Positions 45,001 to 54,480 are shown, counted from the stretch's first letter. The stretch is 64,000 nucleotides of DNA from Isurus oxyrinchus (GCA_026770705.1 JANJGN010000163.1:434001-498000), one strand, 5' to 3'. Notes: generated by a model not told the origin, from the sequence alone. Translations and numbers: made by a program.

Positions 45001-47450
45001 TGGGATGTCAATCTGGAATTGACAATCTAATTAGATATCAGACTTGGGATGTCAACCTGGAATTGACAATCTAATTAGATATCAAACTTGGGATGTCAAC
45101 CTGGAATTGACAATCTAATTAGATATCAGACTTGGGATGTCAACCTGGAATTTACAATCTAATTAGATATCAAACTTGGGATGTCAACCTAGAATTGACA
45201 ATCTAATTAGATATCATACTTGGGATGTCAACCTGGAATTGACAATCTAATTAGATATGAAACTTGGGATGTCAACCTGGAATTGACAATCTAATTAGAT
45301 ATCAGACTTGGGATGTCAACCTGGAATTGACAATCTAATTAGATATCAGACTTGGGATGTCAACCTGGAATTGAGAATCTAATTAGATATCAGTCTTGGG
45401 ATGTCAACTTTGAATTGACAATCTAATTAGATATCAAACTTGGGATGTCAACCTGGAATTGACGATCTAATTAGATATCAGACTTGGGATGTCAACCTGG
45501 AATTGACAATCTAATTAGATATCACACTTGGGATGTCAACCTGGATTTGACAATCTAATTAGATATCAGACTTGGGATGTCAACCTGGAATTGACAATCT
45601 AATTAGATATCAGACTTGGGATGTCAACCTGGAATTGACAATCTCATTAGATATCAGACTTGGGATGTCAACCTGGAATTGACAATCTAATTAGATATCA
45701 GACTTGGGATGTCAACTTGGAATTGACAATCTAATTAGCTATCAAACTTGGGATGTCAACCTGGAATTGACAATCTAATTAGATATCAGACTTGGGATGT
45801 CAATCTGGAATTGACAATCTAATTAGATATCAGACTTGGAGTGTCAACTTGGAATTGACAATCTAATTAGATATCACACTTGGGATGTCAACCTGGATTT
45901 GACAATCTAATTAGATATCAGACTTGGGATGTCAACCTGGAATTGACAATCTCATTAGATATCAAACTTGGGATGTCAACCTGGAATTGACAATCTAATT
46001 AGATATCAGACTTGGGATGTCAACCTGGAATTGACAATCTAATTAGATATCAGACTTGGGATGTCAACCAGGAATTGACAATCTAATTAGATATCAGACT
46101 TGGGATGTCAACCTGGAATTGACAATCTAATTAGATATCAGACTTGGGATGTCAACCTGGAATTGACAATCTAATTAGATATCAAACTTGGGATGTCAAC
46201 CTGGAATTGACAATCTAATTAGATATCAAACTTGGGATGTCAACCTGGAATTGACGATCTAATTAGATATCAGACTTGGGATGTCAACCTGGAATTGACA
46301 ATCTAATTAGATATCAGACTTGGGATGTCAACCTGGATTTGACAATCTAATTAGATATCAGACTTGGGATGTCAACCTGGAATTGACAATCTCATTAGAT
46401 ATCAGACTTGGGATGTCAACCTGGAATTGACAATCTCATTAGATATCAGACTTGGGATGTCAACCTGGAATTGACAATCTAATTAGATATCAGACTTGGG
46501 ATGTCAACTTGGAATTGACAATCTAATTAGATATCAAACTTGGGATGTCAACCTGGAATTGACAATCTAATTAGATATCAGACTTGGGATGTCAATCTGG
46601 AATTGACAATCTAATTAGATATCAGACTTGGGGTGTCAACTTGGAATTGACAATCTAATTAGATATCAAACTTGGGATGTCAACCTGGAATTGACAATCT
46701 AATTACATATCAAACTTGGGATGTCAACTTGGAATTGACAATCTAAGTAGATATCAGACTTGGGATGTCAACCTGGAATTGACAATCTAATTAGATATCA
46801 AACTTGGGATGTCAACCTGGAATTGACAATCTAATTAGATATCAGACTTGGGATGTCAACCTGGAATTGACAATCTAGTTAGATATCAAACTTGGGATGT
46901 CAACCTAGAATTGACAATCTAATTAGATATCAGACTTGGGATGTCAACCTGGAATTGACAATCTAATTAGATATCAAACTTGGGATGTCAACCTGGAATT
47001 GACAATCTAATTAGATATCAGACTTGGGATGTCAACCTGGAATTGACAATCTAATTAGATATCAGACTTGGGATGTCAACCTGGAATTGAGAATCTAATT
47101 AGATATCAGTCTTGGGATGTCAACTTTGAATTGACAATCTAATTAGATATCAAACTTGGGATGTCAACCTGGAATTGACGATCTAATTAGATATCAGACT
47201 TGGGATGTCAACCTGGAATTGACAATCTAATTAGATATCAGACTTGGGATGTCAACCTGGAATTGACAATCTAATTAGATATCAGACTTGGGATGTCAAC
47301 CTGGAATTGACAATCTAATTAGATATCAGACTTGGGATGTCAACCTGTAATTGACAATCTAATTAGATATCAGACTTGGGATGTCAACTTGGAATTGACA
47401 ATCTAATTAGATATCACACTTGGGATGTCAACCTGGAATTGACAATCTAA
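1..47450. repeat. 44-bp satellite DNA array (1078 monomers + 18 bp; open at the left window edge)
   Basis: Monomer CTGGAATTGACAATCTAATTAGATATCAGACTTGGGATGTCAAC repeats from position 1. Phase recurs every 660 bp (15 units) through 46861. The last monomer starts at 47433 = 1+44x1078 and breaks off after ...GACAATCTAA at 47450. Only substitutions were seen, and the ORF track has no ORFs here. Confidence 0.99.
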
Positions 47451-47679
47451 CGATGACTATGAATCCAATATCGATTGTCGTAAAACCCCATCTGCCTCAC
47501 CAATGTCCCTTGAGGGAGGGAAATCTGCTGTCCTTACCCCGGTCTGGCCTACATGTGACTCCAGACCCACAGCAATGTGGTTAACTGTTAGAAATGCTCT
47601 CTGAACAAGGGCGGTTATGGATGGGTAAGAAATGCTGGCCTAGCCAGTGACGCCCACATCCCATCAATGAATAGGAAAA
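47433..47679 (+). mobile_element. 3' body and tail of a chondrichthyan SINE-like interspersed repeat (5' head absent, replaced by the satellite)
   Basis: CGATTGTCGTAAAACCCCATCTG...GGAAATCTGCTGTCCTTACC...GGTCTGGCCTACATGTGACTCCAGACCCACAGCAATGTGG...AAATGCTGGCCTAGCCAGTGACGCCCACATCCCATCAATGAATAGGAAAAG resembles an abundant shark SINE as I recall it and ends in an A-rich tail. The family assignment is not database-verified. Confidence 0.65.
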
Positions 47680-47689
47680 GGATTACTCA

Positions 47690-48230
47690 CTGGCCACGCC
47701 TGCATCTGCTGTTCATTCCTGGTCGCCACTGGGGAGGGCGGGCTCAGGTTCCGCTTCTAGGTGGTAGGGACCGTGCGATTCGCAAGTGTGACTGAAGGAG
47801 CCTTGGTGGATTGTTTCTATGCATCTTGTATATTGTAGTGACTGTGTCCGTGTGTTGAATGTTGAAGGCGGCGGGTGCACTCACCATCCTGTTGGTCCGC
47901 TTTATCCTTCATTGCGCAGAGCTCCTGGAGAATAATTGGGATCTGCACTTATCGGTGCAAATGGAGTGTGAGCCATCACAGTGATGCCTTTTGTCTTGTA
48001 GTTGGAGGACAGGCTTTTTGAGTGCAGAATCCCCAGGCCCTGACCTGCTCCTGTAGCAGCAGCATTTACACGGATAGGCCAGTCCAGTTTCTGGTGAACG
48101 GTAACCCCTAGGGCGTTAGTGGCAGGGTTTAACTGATGTTCCTGTTGTTGAATATCTAGGTGCAATGGTTAGATTCTGTCTGTTGCAGACCATGGCCCAT
48201 TGCCTGGGACATGTGTGTGCATGTGTCACC
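47690..48230 (-). mobile_element. Decayed LINE (L2/CR1-clade) fragment, C-terminal RT region
   Basis: Minus-strand ORF 47902-48165 contains NALGVTVHQKLDWPIRVNAAATGAGQGLGIL...SLSSNYKT, a degenerate form of the LGVxxDxxLxWxxHI...LxxxYK motif that follows the RT domain of L2/CR1-group LINEs. Boundaries are approximate. Confidence 0.7.
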
Positions 48231-48616
48231 AGGCCAGGAAATGACCATTGTCCTACCGGTGCCGTGTTTGGGGGAAGGTTTGATGCATCTTCCTGGGTGA
48301 AGAGGCAGGTGTGGTTTTGCCTTGTGCTGCTGTAGGAAGCAATTCAGTCAGTTAAAAGCTAAATGCGGCAGATGCTGGAAACCTGAAACATGCTTTTCCA
48401 GCTGGTCCACCGACCTCGGGTACTGAGGCCAATTGCATGGCTGTCGTGCTGCTACAATAGAATTGGAGGGACCCTGAGGGTCCAGGAATTACAGCTCTGT
48501 AGCTTCAGCCAGTTGAGTGCGCACCGTGAGGTTTGACAGGGGAGTTTCTCACTGTCCTTATTCTGGCTGTGCTTATATGATCCGTTCTCTCTCTCATCTT
48601 TTCCTTTCCTCCTCAG

Positions 48617-48917
48617 ACACTTGCAGGAGCGCCTCCTTACCCAGTGGGGGGTCCGGCTGTCTGTTGTACAGGGGCAGACGGCGGAGATGCACTGTTACCA
48701 GAACGACACTGAGCATATCAACATGTCCTGGTACTGTCAGCACCCCGGGGCAGGGCTGCAGCTCATGGTCACCTCGGTGGGTACCTCAGAGCCCAGGCCT
48801 GAAGAGGGGTTCAAGGAGAGGTTTGAAGTGACGAGACACAACACCAAGTGGTGCAGCCTGAAAATACTGAGCGTGGAGCTGACTGACACTGCGGTTTATT
48901 ACTGCGCTGCTGGTGAA
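48617..48917 (+). pseudogene. TRBV: TCR beta-type V exon V1, frameshifted, no recognisable leader
   Basis: A polypyrimidine acceptor ...TTCCTCCTCAG ends at 48616. The phase-1 reading gives DTCRSA and then shifts frame (GCCTCCTTACC is one base short relative to the paralogs). The downstream frame has the V hallmarks C-YQND, WYCQ..GLQLM, RF, SLKI and DTAVYYCAAGE. No hydrophobic leader exon was found upstream. Confidence 0.85.
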
Positions 48918-48956
48918 CACAGAGACTCAAACAGGTGTAGATCTTGTTCAAAAACA
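48918..48956 (+). other. Recombination signal sequence (23-RSS) of V1
   Basis: CACAGAG (48918-48924) + 23 bp + TCAAAAACA (48948-48956); consensus is CACAGTG-23-ACAAAAACC. Confidence 0.92.
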
Positions 48957-49060
48957 TCCCCACTCTGTTCTACTGGGAGCTAAAACCTCTGTAAACTCCA
49001 GTAAGTGGTGGTGCTGCAACCACCTGGATATTGGTGACGATCTATGTGGTTTTTACTGCA

Positions 49061-49341
49061 ACCTTCCCAGTGGATAAAATGTCCCAACGCCTCTCAGTCT
49101 GTCCTGAATGACAAGTCCAAACCTACCTCCCACAGCAAATCCTTTCCATAATGAAGACCAATAAAAACAAAGAGGCTGGAATAAGCGGCGGATTATACAG
49201 GGCAGCGCCCTCCCCCCGGCCTATCGCACCTATTTGAAACTGTTCTAAGGGTTCATCTCATTCCAACAGTGACTAATCTGTGCTTTTCCAATGTTCCCAC
49301 AGACACTGCGGCTTGTCCCTGCGCTGCTGGTGTTCACAGGG
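49061..49341 (+). pseudogene. Highly degenerate V-segment relic with heptamer but no nonamer
   Basis: The 3' end ACAGACACTGCGGCTTGTCCCTGCGCTGCTGGTGTT-CACAGGG-ACTC parallels ACTGACACTGCGGTTTATTACTGCGCTGCTGGTGAA-CACAGAG-ACTC (TDTAACPCAAGV vs TDTAVYYCAAGE). Faint FR1-like TCCCAGTGG and CGCCTCTCAGTC (SQW, RLSV) lie near 49065-49099. The 5' boundary is uncertain. Confidence 0.65.
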
Positions 49342-49638
49342 ACTCGGACATGAAATCAGGAGCCAGTCCTGATAGGGCTGTGAGCTGGTCAGCTCCAAAT
49401 CTCCATGAAGAATCCATCATTAACCGCTCTCTCTCCTTTACCAAATTACCTCATTGTGAAATGGTAAAATCCAGCTGGCCAATCAAAAATAATATTAACA
49501 AATCCAACCAGAATAATAATCACCTTCCAAATGAGATATAAGCTGGCGCGTTAACACTTCAAATAAGAAGCGCAAGTCCTTTCGGGGAGGTTTGTGTGAA
49601 GCAAATCTTCATACACAGGCTGGAGGGAAACTAGCAAA

Positions 49639-49893
49639 CTCTCTCTCTCTCTCTACACCCCCCACTCCCCCCACCCCCCCACTCCCCCCTCCCCACTCCC
49701 CCCACACCCCACTGCCCCCAATACCCCCACACCCCTCCCCCACCCCCCAGTCCCTGCTACCCCCTCCAACCACTCACCCTCCCTCCCACTGCCCCCACTC
49801 ACTCTCCCCATTCTCCCACTCACTGCACCCTGCCCCCACTCCCTCCCCCCTCCCCCTCCCCTTCTCCGTCCCCCCTCCTTCCACTCCCCCCTT
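49639..49893. repeat. (CT)8 plus C-rich low-complexity tract
   Basis: CTCTCTCTCTCTCTCT followed by about 240 bp of C-runs with almost no G; it abuts the Penelope-like element. Confidence 0.9.
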
Positions 49894-51692
49894 CCCGCTG
49901 ACATGGGTGGTGCTGTTGTTGTCTGGCGCACTGACCTCTACCTCACAGAGGCTCTGCGTCAACTCGCAGACACTTCCTCCTACCTCTCCCTGGACCATGA
50001 CCCCACCACTGAACATCAAGCCATTGTTTCCAGGACTGTCACTGACCTCATCTCCTCTGGGGATCTTCCTCCCACAGCTTCCAACCTGATAGTCGCCCAA
50101 CCTCGGACGGCCCGCTTCTATCTCCTACCCAAAATCCACAAACAGAACTGCCCCGGTAGACCGATCGTCTCAGCTTGCTCCTGCCCCACAGAACTCATTT
50201 CTCGTTATCTTGCCTCCCTTCTCTCTCCCCTTGTCCAGTCCCTTCCCACCTACATCCGTGATTCCTCTGACACCTTACGTCACATCAACAATTTCCAGTT
50301 CCCTGGCCCCAACCGCTTCCTCTTCACCATGGACGTCCAATCCCGCTACACCTCCATCCCCCACCAGGATGGTCTGAGGGCCCTTAGCTTCTTCCTCGAA
50401 CAGAGGCCCGAACAATCCCCATCCACCACTACTCTCCTCCGTCTGGCTGAACTTGTTCTCATACTGAACAATTTCTCCTTCAACTCCTCTCACTTCCTCC
50501 AAATAAAAGGTGTGGCTATGGGTACCCACATGGGCCCCAGCTATGCCTGTCTCTTTATGGGGTATGTGGAACATTCCTTGTTCCAGTCCTACTCCGGCCC
50601 CCTTCCACAACTCTTTCTCCGGTACATCGATGATTACTTCGGTGCTGCTTCATGCTCTCGTCGGGACTTGGAAAAATTTATTAATTTTGCTTCCAATCTC
50701 CATCCCTCCATCATTTTCACGTGGTCCATCTCTGACACTTCCTTTCCCTTCCTTGACCTTTCTGTCTCAATCTCTGGTGATAGACTGTCCACCAATATCC
50801 ATTAGAAACCCACCGACTCCCACAGCTACCTTGACTACAGCTCCTCACACCCCGCTTCCTGTAAGGACTCCATCCCATTCTCCCAGTTCCTTCGCCTTCG
50901 TCGCATCTGTTCCGATGATGCTACCTTCAAAAACAGTTCCTCTGACATGTCCTCCTTCTTCCTTAACCGAGGTTTTCCACCCACTGTTGTTGACAGGGCC
51001 CTCAACTGTGTCCGGCCCATCTCCCGCACATCCGCCCTCACACCTTCTCCTCCCTCCCAGAAACATGATAGTGTCCCCCTTGTCCTCACTTATCACCCCA
51101 CCAGCCTCCGCATTCAAAGGATCATCCTCCGCCATTTCCGCCAACTCCAGCATGATGCCCCCACCAAACACATCTTCACTTTCACTCCCACGGTGGCATT
51201 CCGCAGGGATTGTTCCCTCCGGGACACCCTGGTCCACTCCTCCATCACCCCCTACTCCTCAACCCCCTCCTATGGCACCACCCCATGCCCACGCAAAAAT
51301 TGTAACACCTGCCCCTTCACTTCCTCTCTCCTCACCGTCCAAGGGCCCAAACATTCCTTTCAAGTGAAGCAGCATTTCACTTGCATTTCCACAACTTAGT
51401 CTACTGCATTCGATGCTCCCAATGTGGTGTCCTCTACATTGGAGAGACCAAACGTAAACTGGGCGACCGCTTTGCAGAACACCTGCGGTCTGTCCGCAAG
51501 AATGACCCAGACCACCCTGTCGCTTGCCATTTTAACACTCCACCCTGCTCTCTTGCCCACATGTCTGTCCTTGGCTTACTGCATTGTTCCAGTGAAGCCC
51601 AACGCAAACTGGAGGAACAGCACCTCATCTTCCGACTAGGCACCTTACAGCCTTCCGGTCTGAATATTGAATTCAATAACTTTAGGTCGTGA
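49894..51692 (+). pseudogene. Disrupted RT + GIY-YIG endonuclease ORF of Penelope-like element A (5'-truncated)
   Basis: In-frame TAG at 50803-50805 (IH*KPTD). The same frame resumes (ORF 50947-51399), then a frameshift near 51390 leads into the GIY-YIG frame (51381-51692). Confidence 0.9.
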
Positions 51693-52101
51693 GCTCCCTC
51701 CCCCATCCCCACCCCCTTTCTGTTTCTTCCCCCTTCCTTTTGTTTTTTTTCCAATAAATTATATAGATTTGTCTTTTTACCAGCTATTTCCATTATTTTT
51801 AAATATTTTTAAATCTTTTATGCTCCCCCACCCCCACTAGAGCTATATCTTGAGTGCCCTACCATTCATTCTTAATTAACACATTCGTTTAGATAATATC
51901 ACCAACTTTAATACCTATGTGTTCTTTTGTTCTGTTGTCTGTGACATCTTTTGTTGATCTGCTTCAATCGCTGCTTGTTGGTCCCTACAACCACACCACC
52001 CCCCTCCACTTCTCTCCCCCCACCCAACCCACACCTCTCCCCCCAACCCCCCACCCCCACCTTAAACCAGCTTATATTTCACCCCTTCCTTGGATTCACC
52101 T

Positions 52102-52140
52102 AGTTCTGTCGAAGGGTCATGAGGACTCGAAACGTCAACT
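52102..52140 (+). ncRNA. Minimal type I hammerhead ribozyme-like motif (variant core) in the PLE terminal region, copy A
   Basis: AGTT-CTGTCGA-A-GGGTC(ATGAG)GACTC-GAAA-CGTC-AACT. Stem I is AGTT/AACT, stem II has 5 bp with one G-U, then GAAA, a palindromic ACGT mini stem III and a GUC cleavage triplet. The core is CUGUCGA instead of CUGANGA. Confidence 0.8.
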
Positions 52141-52214
52141 CTTTTCTACTCCCCCGATGCTGGCAGTTTTTTGTTTTTATCTGTGATTAATTGACTGCCC
52201 CTGCTCTTCCAGAA

Positions 52215-53344
52215 ATGCCTACCTCCTTGAAGAAGTTCTGTTCGTCTCTGCGACACGATGTACATATCTCTCTGTTGCCTTGTTCACCTTCATTGCTTTC
52301 CATTTCTCTCCTGGTGTTTGACAAGGTGTTTATTAAAACCCGCTTTCACAGCCATATCTCCTTTCTCAGTGACTGTCTCCGTCTCCGAATTACCCCACGT
52401 GGATTTCAACTGAAATTCCACCCCTCATGGTTTCGAACCCACCCAGGATTAGAGATATTTCCGGGACATAAAACGTTTCTCAGACTGGTGTTCCCGTCAC
52501 ATTCTGAAATCCACACTCAGTGCCATGCGCCGCCATATGAACACACTCGACCTCTCCCTCCAGCAGCACCGCCGTACCCTTTTTCAAAGTTGCGCGTGCC
52601 CCCAGTTTCATTTTATTCTTCGTCCTATCCGATGCCTCAACAAGAAACTTTTTCTCTTTCTCTCAAGTGCTAAGGAACGCAAGCTCCAACAACTCATCGA
52701 CCGTCACAGCCATCTAGGACCCTCCACCCCTGCCCGTCCCTCCGTCCCCACCCCATCTTCCAATCCCAAGCCCAGCCGTGTATTCACTATACCCCTGACC
52801 TTCCCCTCTCCGATGCTGAACGTTCAGTGCTCAGCAAAGGACTTAGTTTCATACCCTTACGCCCTCACCGCAATGAATTTCGGGCTTGGCACGATGCTGA
52901 ACTCTTCTTCCGCCGTCTTCGTCTCCGGGCTCACTTCATTGGGCAGGAGTCCTCTCCCAGTTCAACGGATCCTTTTACCCATCTCCAATATTCTCCCTCC
53001 ACCTGGACCCCTCCCTCTGGATTCTTACCTTCTCTTGAACTTTTCATTGAGAACAGTCGGCGCGACATTAGTCGTCTCAATTTCTCTGCTCCTCTCACCC
53101 ATTCTAACCTGTCTCTCTCTGAACTTAGTTCACTCCATTCTCTCAGGTCCAACCCTGACATTGTCATCAAACCCGCTGACAAGTGTGGTGCTGTTGTTGT
53201 CTGGCGCACTGACCTCTACCTCGCGGAGGCTGAGCGTCAACTCGCAGACACTTCCTCCTACCTCTCCCTGGACCATGACCCCACCACTGAACATCAAGCC
53301 ATTGTTTCCAGGACTGTTACTGACCGCATCTCCTCTGGGGATCT
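52215..53344 (+). pseudogene. Frameshifted N-terminal part of the PLE ORF (second, 3'-truncated tandem unit), copy A
   Basis: Three overlapping ORFs (52191, 52525, 52827) stitch into a PLE N-terminus that ends at ...ISSGDL, where homology stops at 53344. Confidence 0.82.
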
Positions 53345-54480
53345 GGTAAAAGTCACCAGATCATTGATGAAGGGTGTCCGATTTCCCACAAGATTGTGAC
53401 TGGCTAGAACAATGTCTCAGCTTCTCAACAGTTCGGAACCCCAAACTCAGCACCTCCCAGAGCGGAGGGAATTAGCTCGAGTGAAAGGTGAAGGTTAACA
53501 CGGGGACAGTGTTCAGTTCAAACTGCTTCATATCCCTTCTCAGTAATTCCATTCCCTCAAAGCGACAGGGAAATAATGTTCCATTCAAATCTCTTCTCAA
53601 AGTTCCCGCTGTATCTGCTTCCTGTAACCTCTTAATAACACAATCAGTTAGAATTAAAAATCACCTGAATCTCCCCTGTCGGCCGTTTATGAATCCACTT
53701 TAATCGGCGACCCCCGTTCCCTTAGATTATTGTCAAGGGGAAAAGCTTCAGTCCTAAATCTAACCATGGCCCTAATGTGGAACATATCTATCAGATCGGC
53801 ACTCAGCTTGATCTGGCTGAATAATGGCTGTCCGTGTTTCCTCGCTGCTACTTATACTGTCGGGTAAGAGCAATAGCTTGTTATGGGACGTCAAAGTCAG
53901 TTCCCTGTGCAGAGAGCCTGAGCTGCCGAGTGGAGACATTAGACCAACTCGAGAGGATTGGACAGGGTTTCCACATGAACTATCTCTCCACAGGCCACAT
54001 GCGGCCAACTGGTTCCAATCTTTGCAACCAATCATCTGTAACACAATGCACATTGCCAGGCAGCCGGACCACCTGTATTGTTAACCCCACCCAGTGACCA
54101 GGCAGGAAAGAGTCATCTGCCTTGTTTGGAGGGACAATGGGGGAGGGGGTTTTCTCTGGACCTCCATGATATGCAGCCACTTCCACAGCCAAGCGAAAGG
54201 CGGGGCGACATTCAACAACCGAGGCAGGACCTTCCTAGGGCGCTTTGACTGGAACATTCCTTCCCAGTTAGGAACGGGCTATAATTGCTGGGCTGGGCCA
54301 GTGAAGGCCACATCCCGGGAACAAATAAGGAAACAAAAGCCCCTGAGTAAATTCCGGCCATGGATCCAATTTCCACATGGCAGTCAGAGCTGGATATTCA
54401 TCCTTCTCACCTGGCCGGCTACGGAAGGGCCACCTGCTGTGCTTTGGTCAGCAAGGACCTGTCCTGTTGAGTGAGCTTCC

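Larger units (their letters stand above)
49894..53344 (+). mobile_element. Penelope-like retroelement (Neptune-type), decayed, permuted partial-tandem arrangement, copy A
   Basis: RT motifs FYLLPKIHK, GRPIVS, DVQSRY, GVAMG and YIDD; Cys linker CPRKNCNTC; GIY-YIG LVYCIRC..C..LYIGET.R.L..RF.EH...LN; 3' UTR with a hammerhead motif; then N-terminal coding sequence (FLSDC...PRGF, LSKGLSFIP, IKPADKCGAVVV). Confidence 0.93.

Noticed and set aside
1-47450. CRISPR array (palindromic ~40-bp repeats)
   Set aside because: Units are head-to-tail with no unique spacers, there are no cas genes, and the context is vertebrate.
1-47450. TTGACA in every monomer as a bacterial -35 promoter box
   Set aside because: Eukaryotic DNA, and no -10 element at the right spacing.
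1-47450. CACACTT monomer variants as an array of cryptic RSSs
   Set aside because: Poor heptamer and no A-rich nonamer at 12 or 23 bp.
48353-48390. Short AAATGCGGCAGATGCTGGAAACCTGAAACA stretch resembling an antisense PLE terminal fragment
   Set aside because: Under 40 bp and recognised only from memory; too little to support a feature.
48390-48627. Rescue of V1 through a phase-0 acceptor (TTGCAG at 48626) and an upstream ATG at 48390
   Set aside because: The upstream reading frame has no signal-peptide character and only weak donors; V1 also has WYCQ in place of WYRQ.
49592-50100. Pro-rich and Gly-rich ORFs (and copies at 58098-58606)
   Set aside because: Artefacts of the C-rich low-complexity tract and of alternative frames of the PLE.
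50275-53349. Long alternative-frame and antisense ORFs over the PLE (e.g. 285 aa at 50510, most of the 274 aa at 52525)
   Set aside because: Shadow frames of a C/T-rich retroelement coding sequence, with no independent domain signatures.
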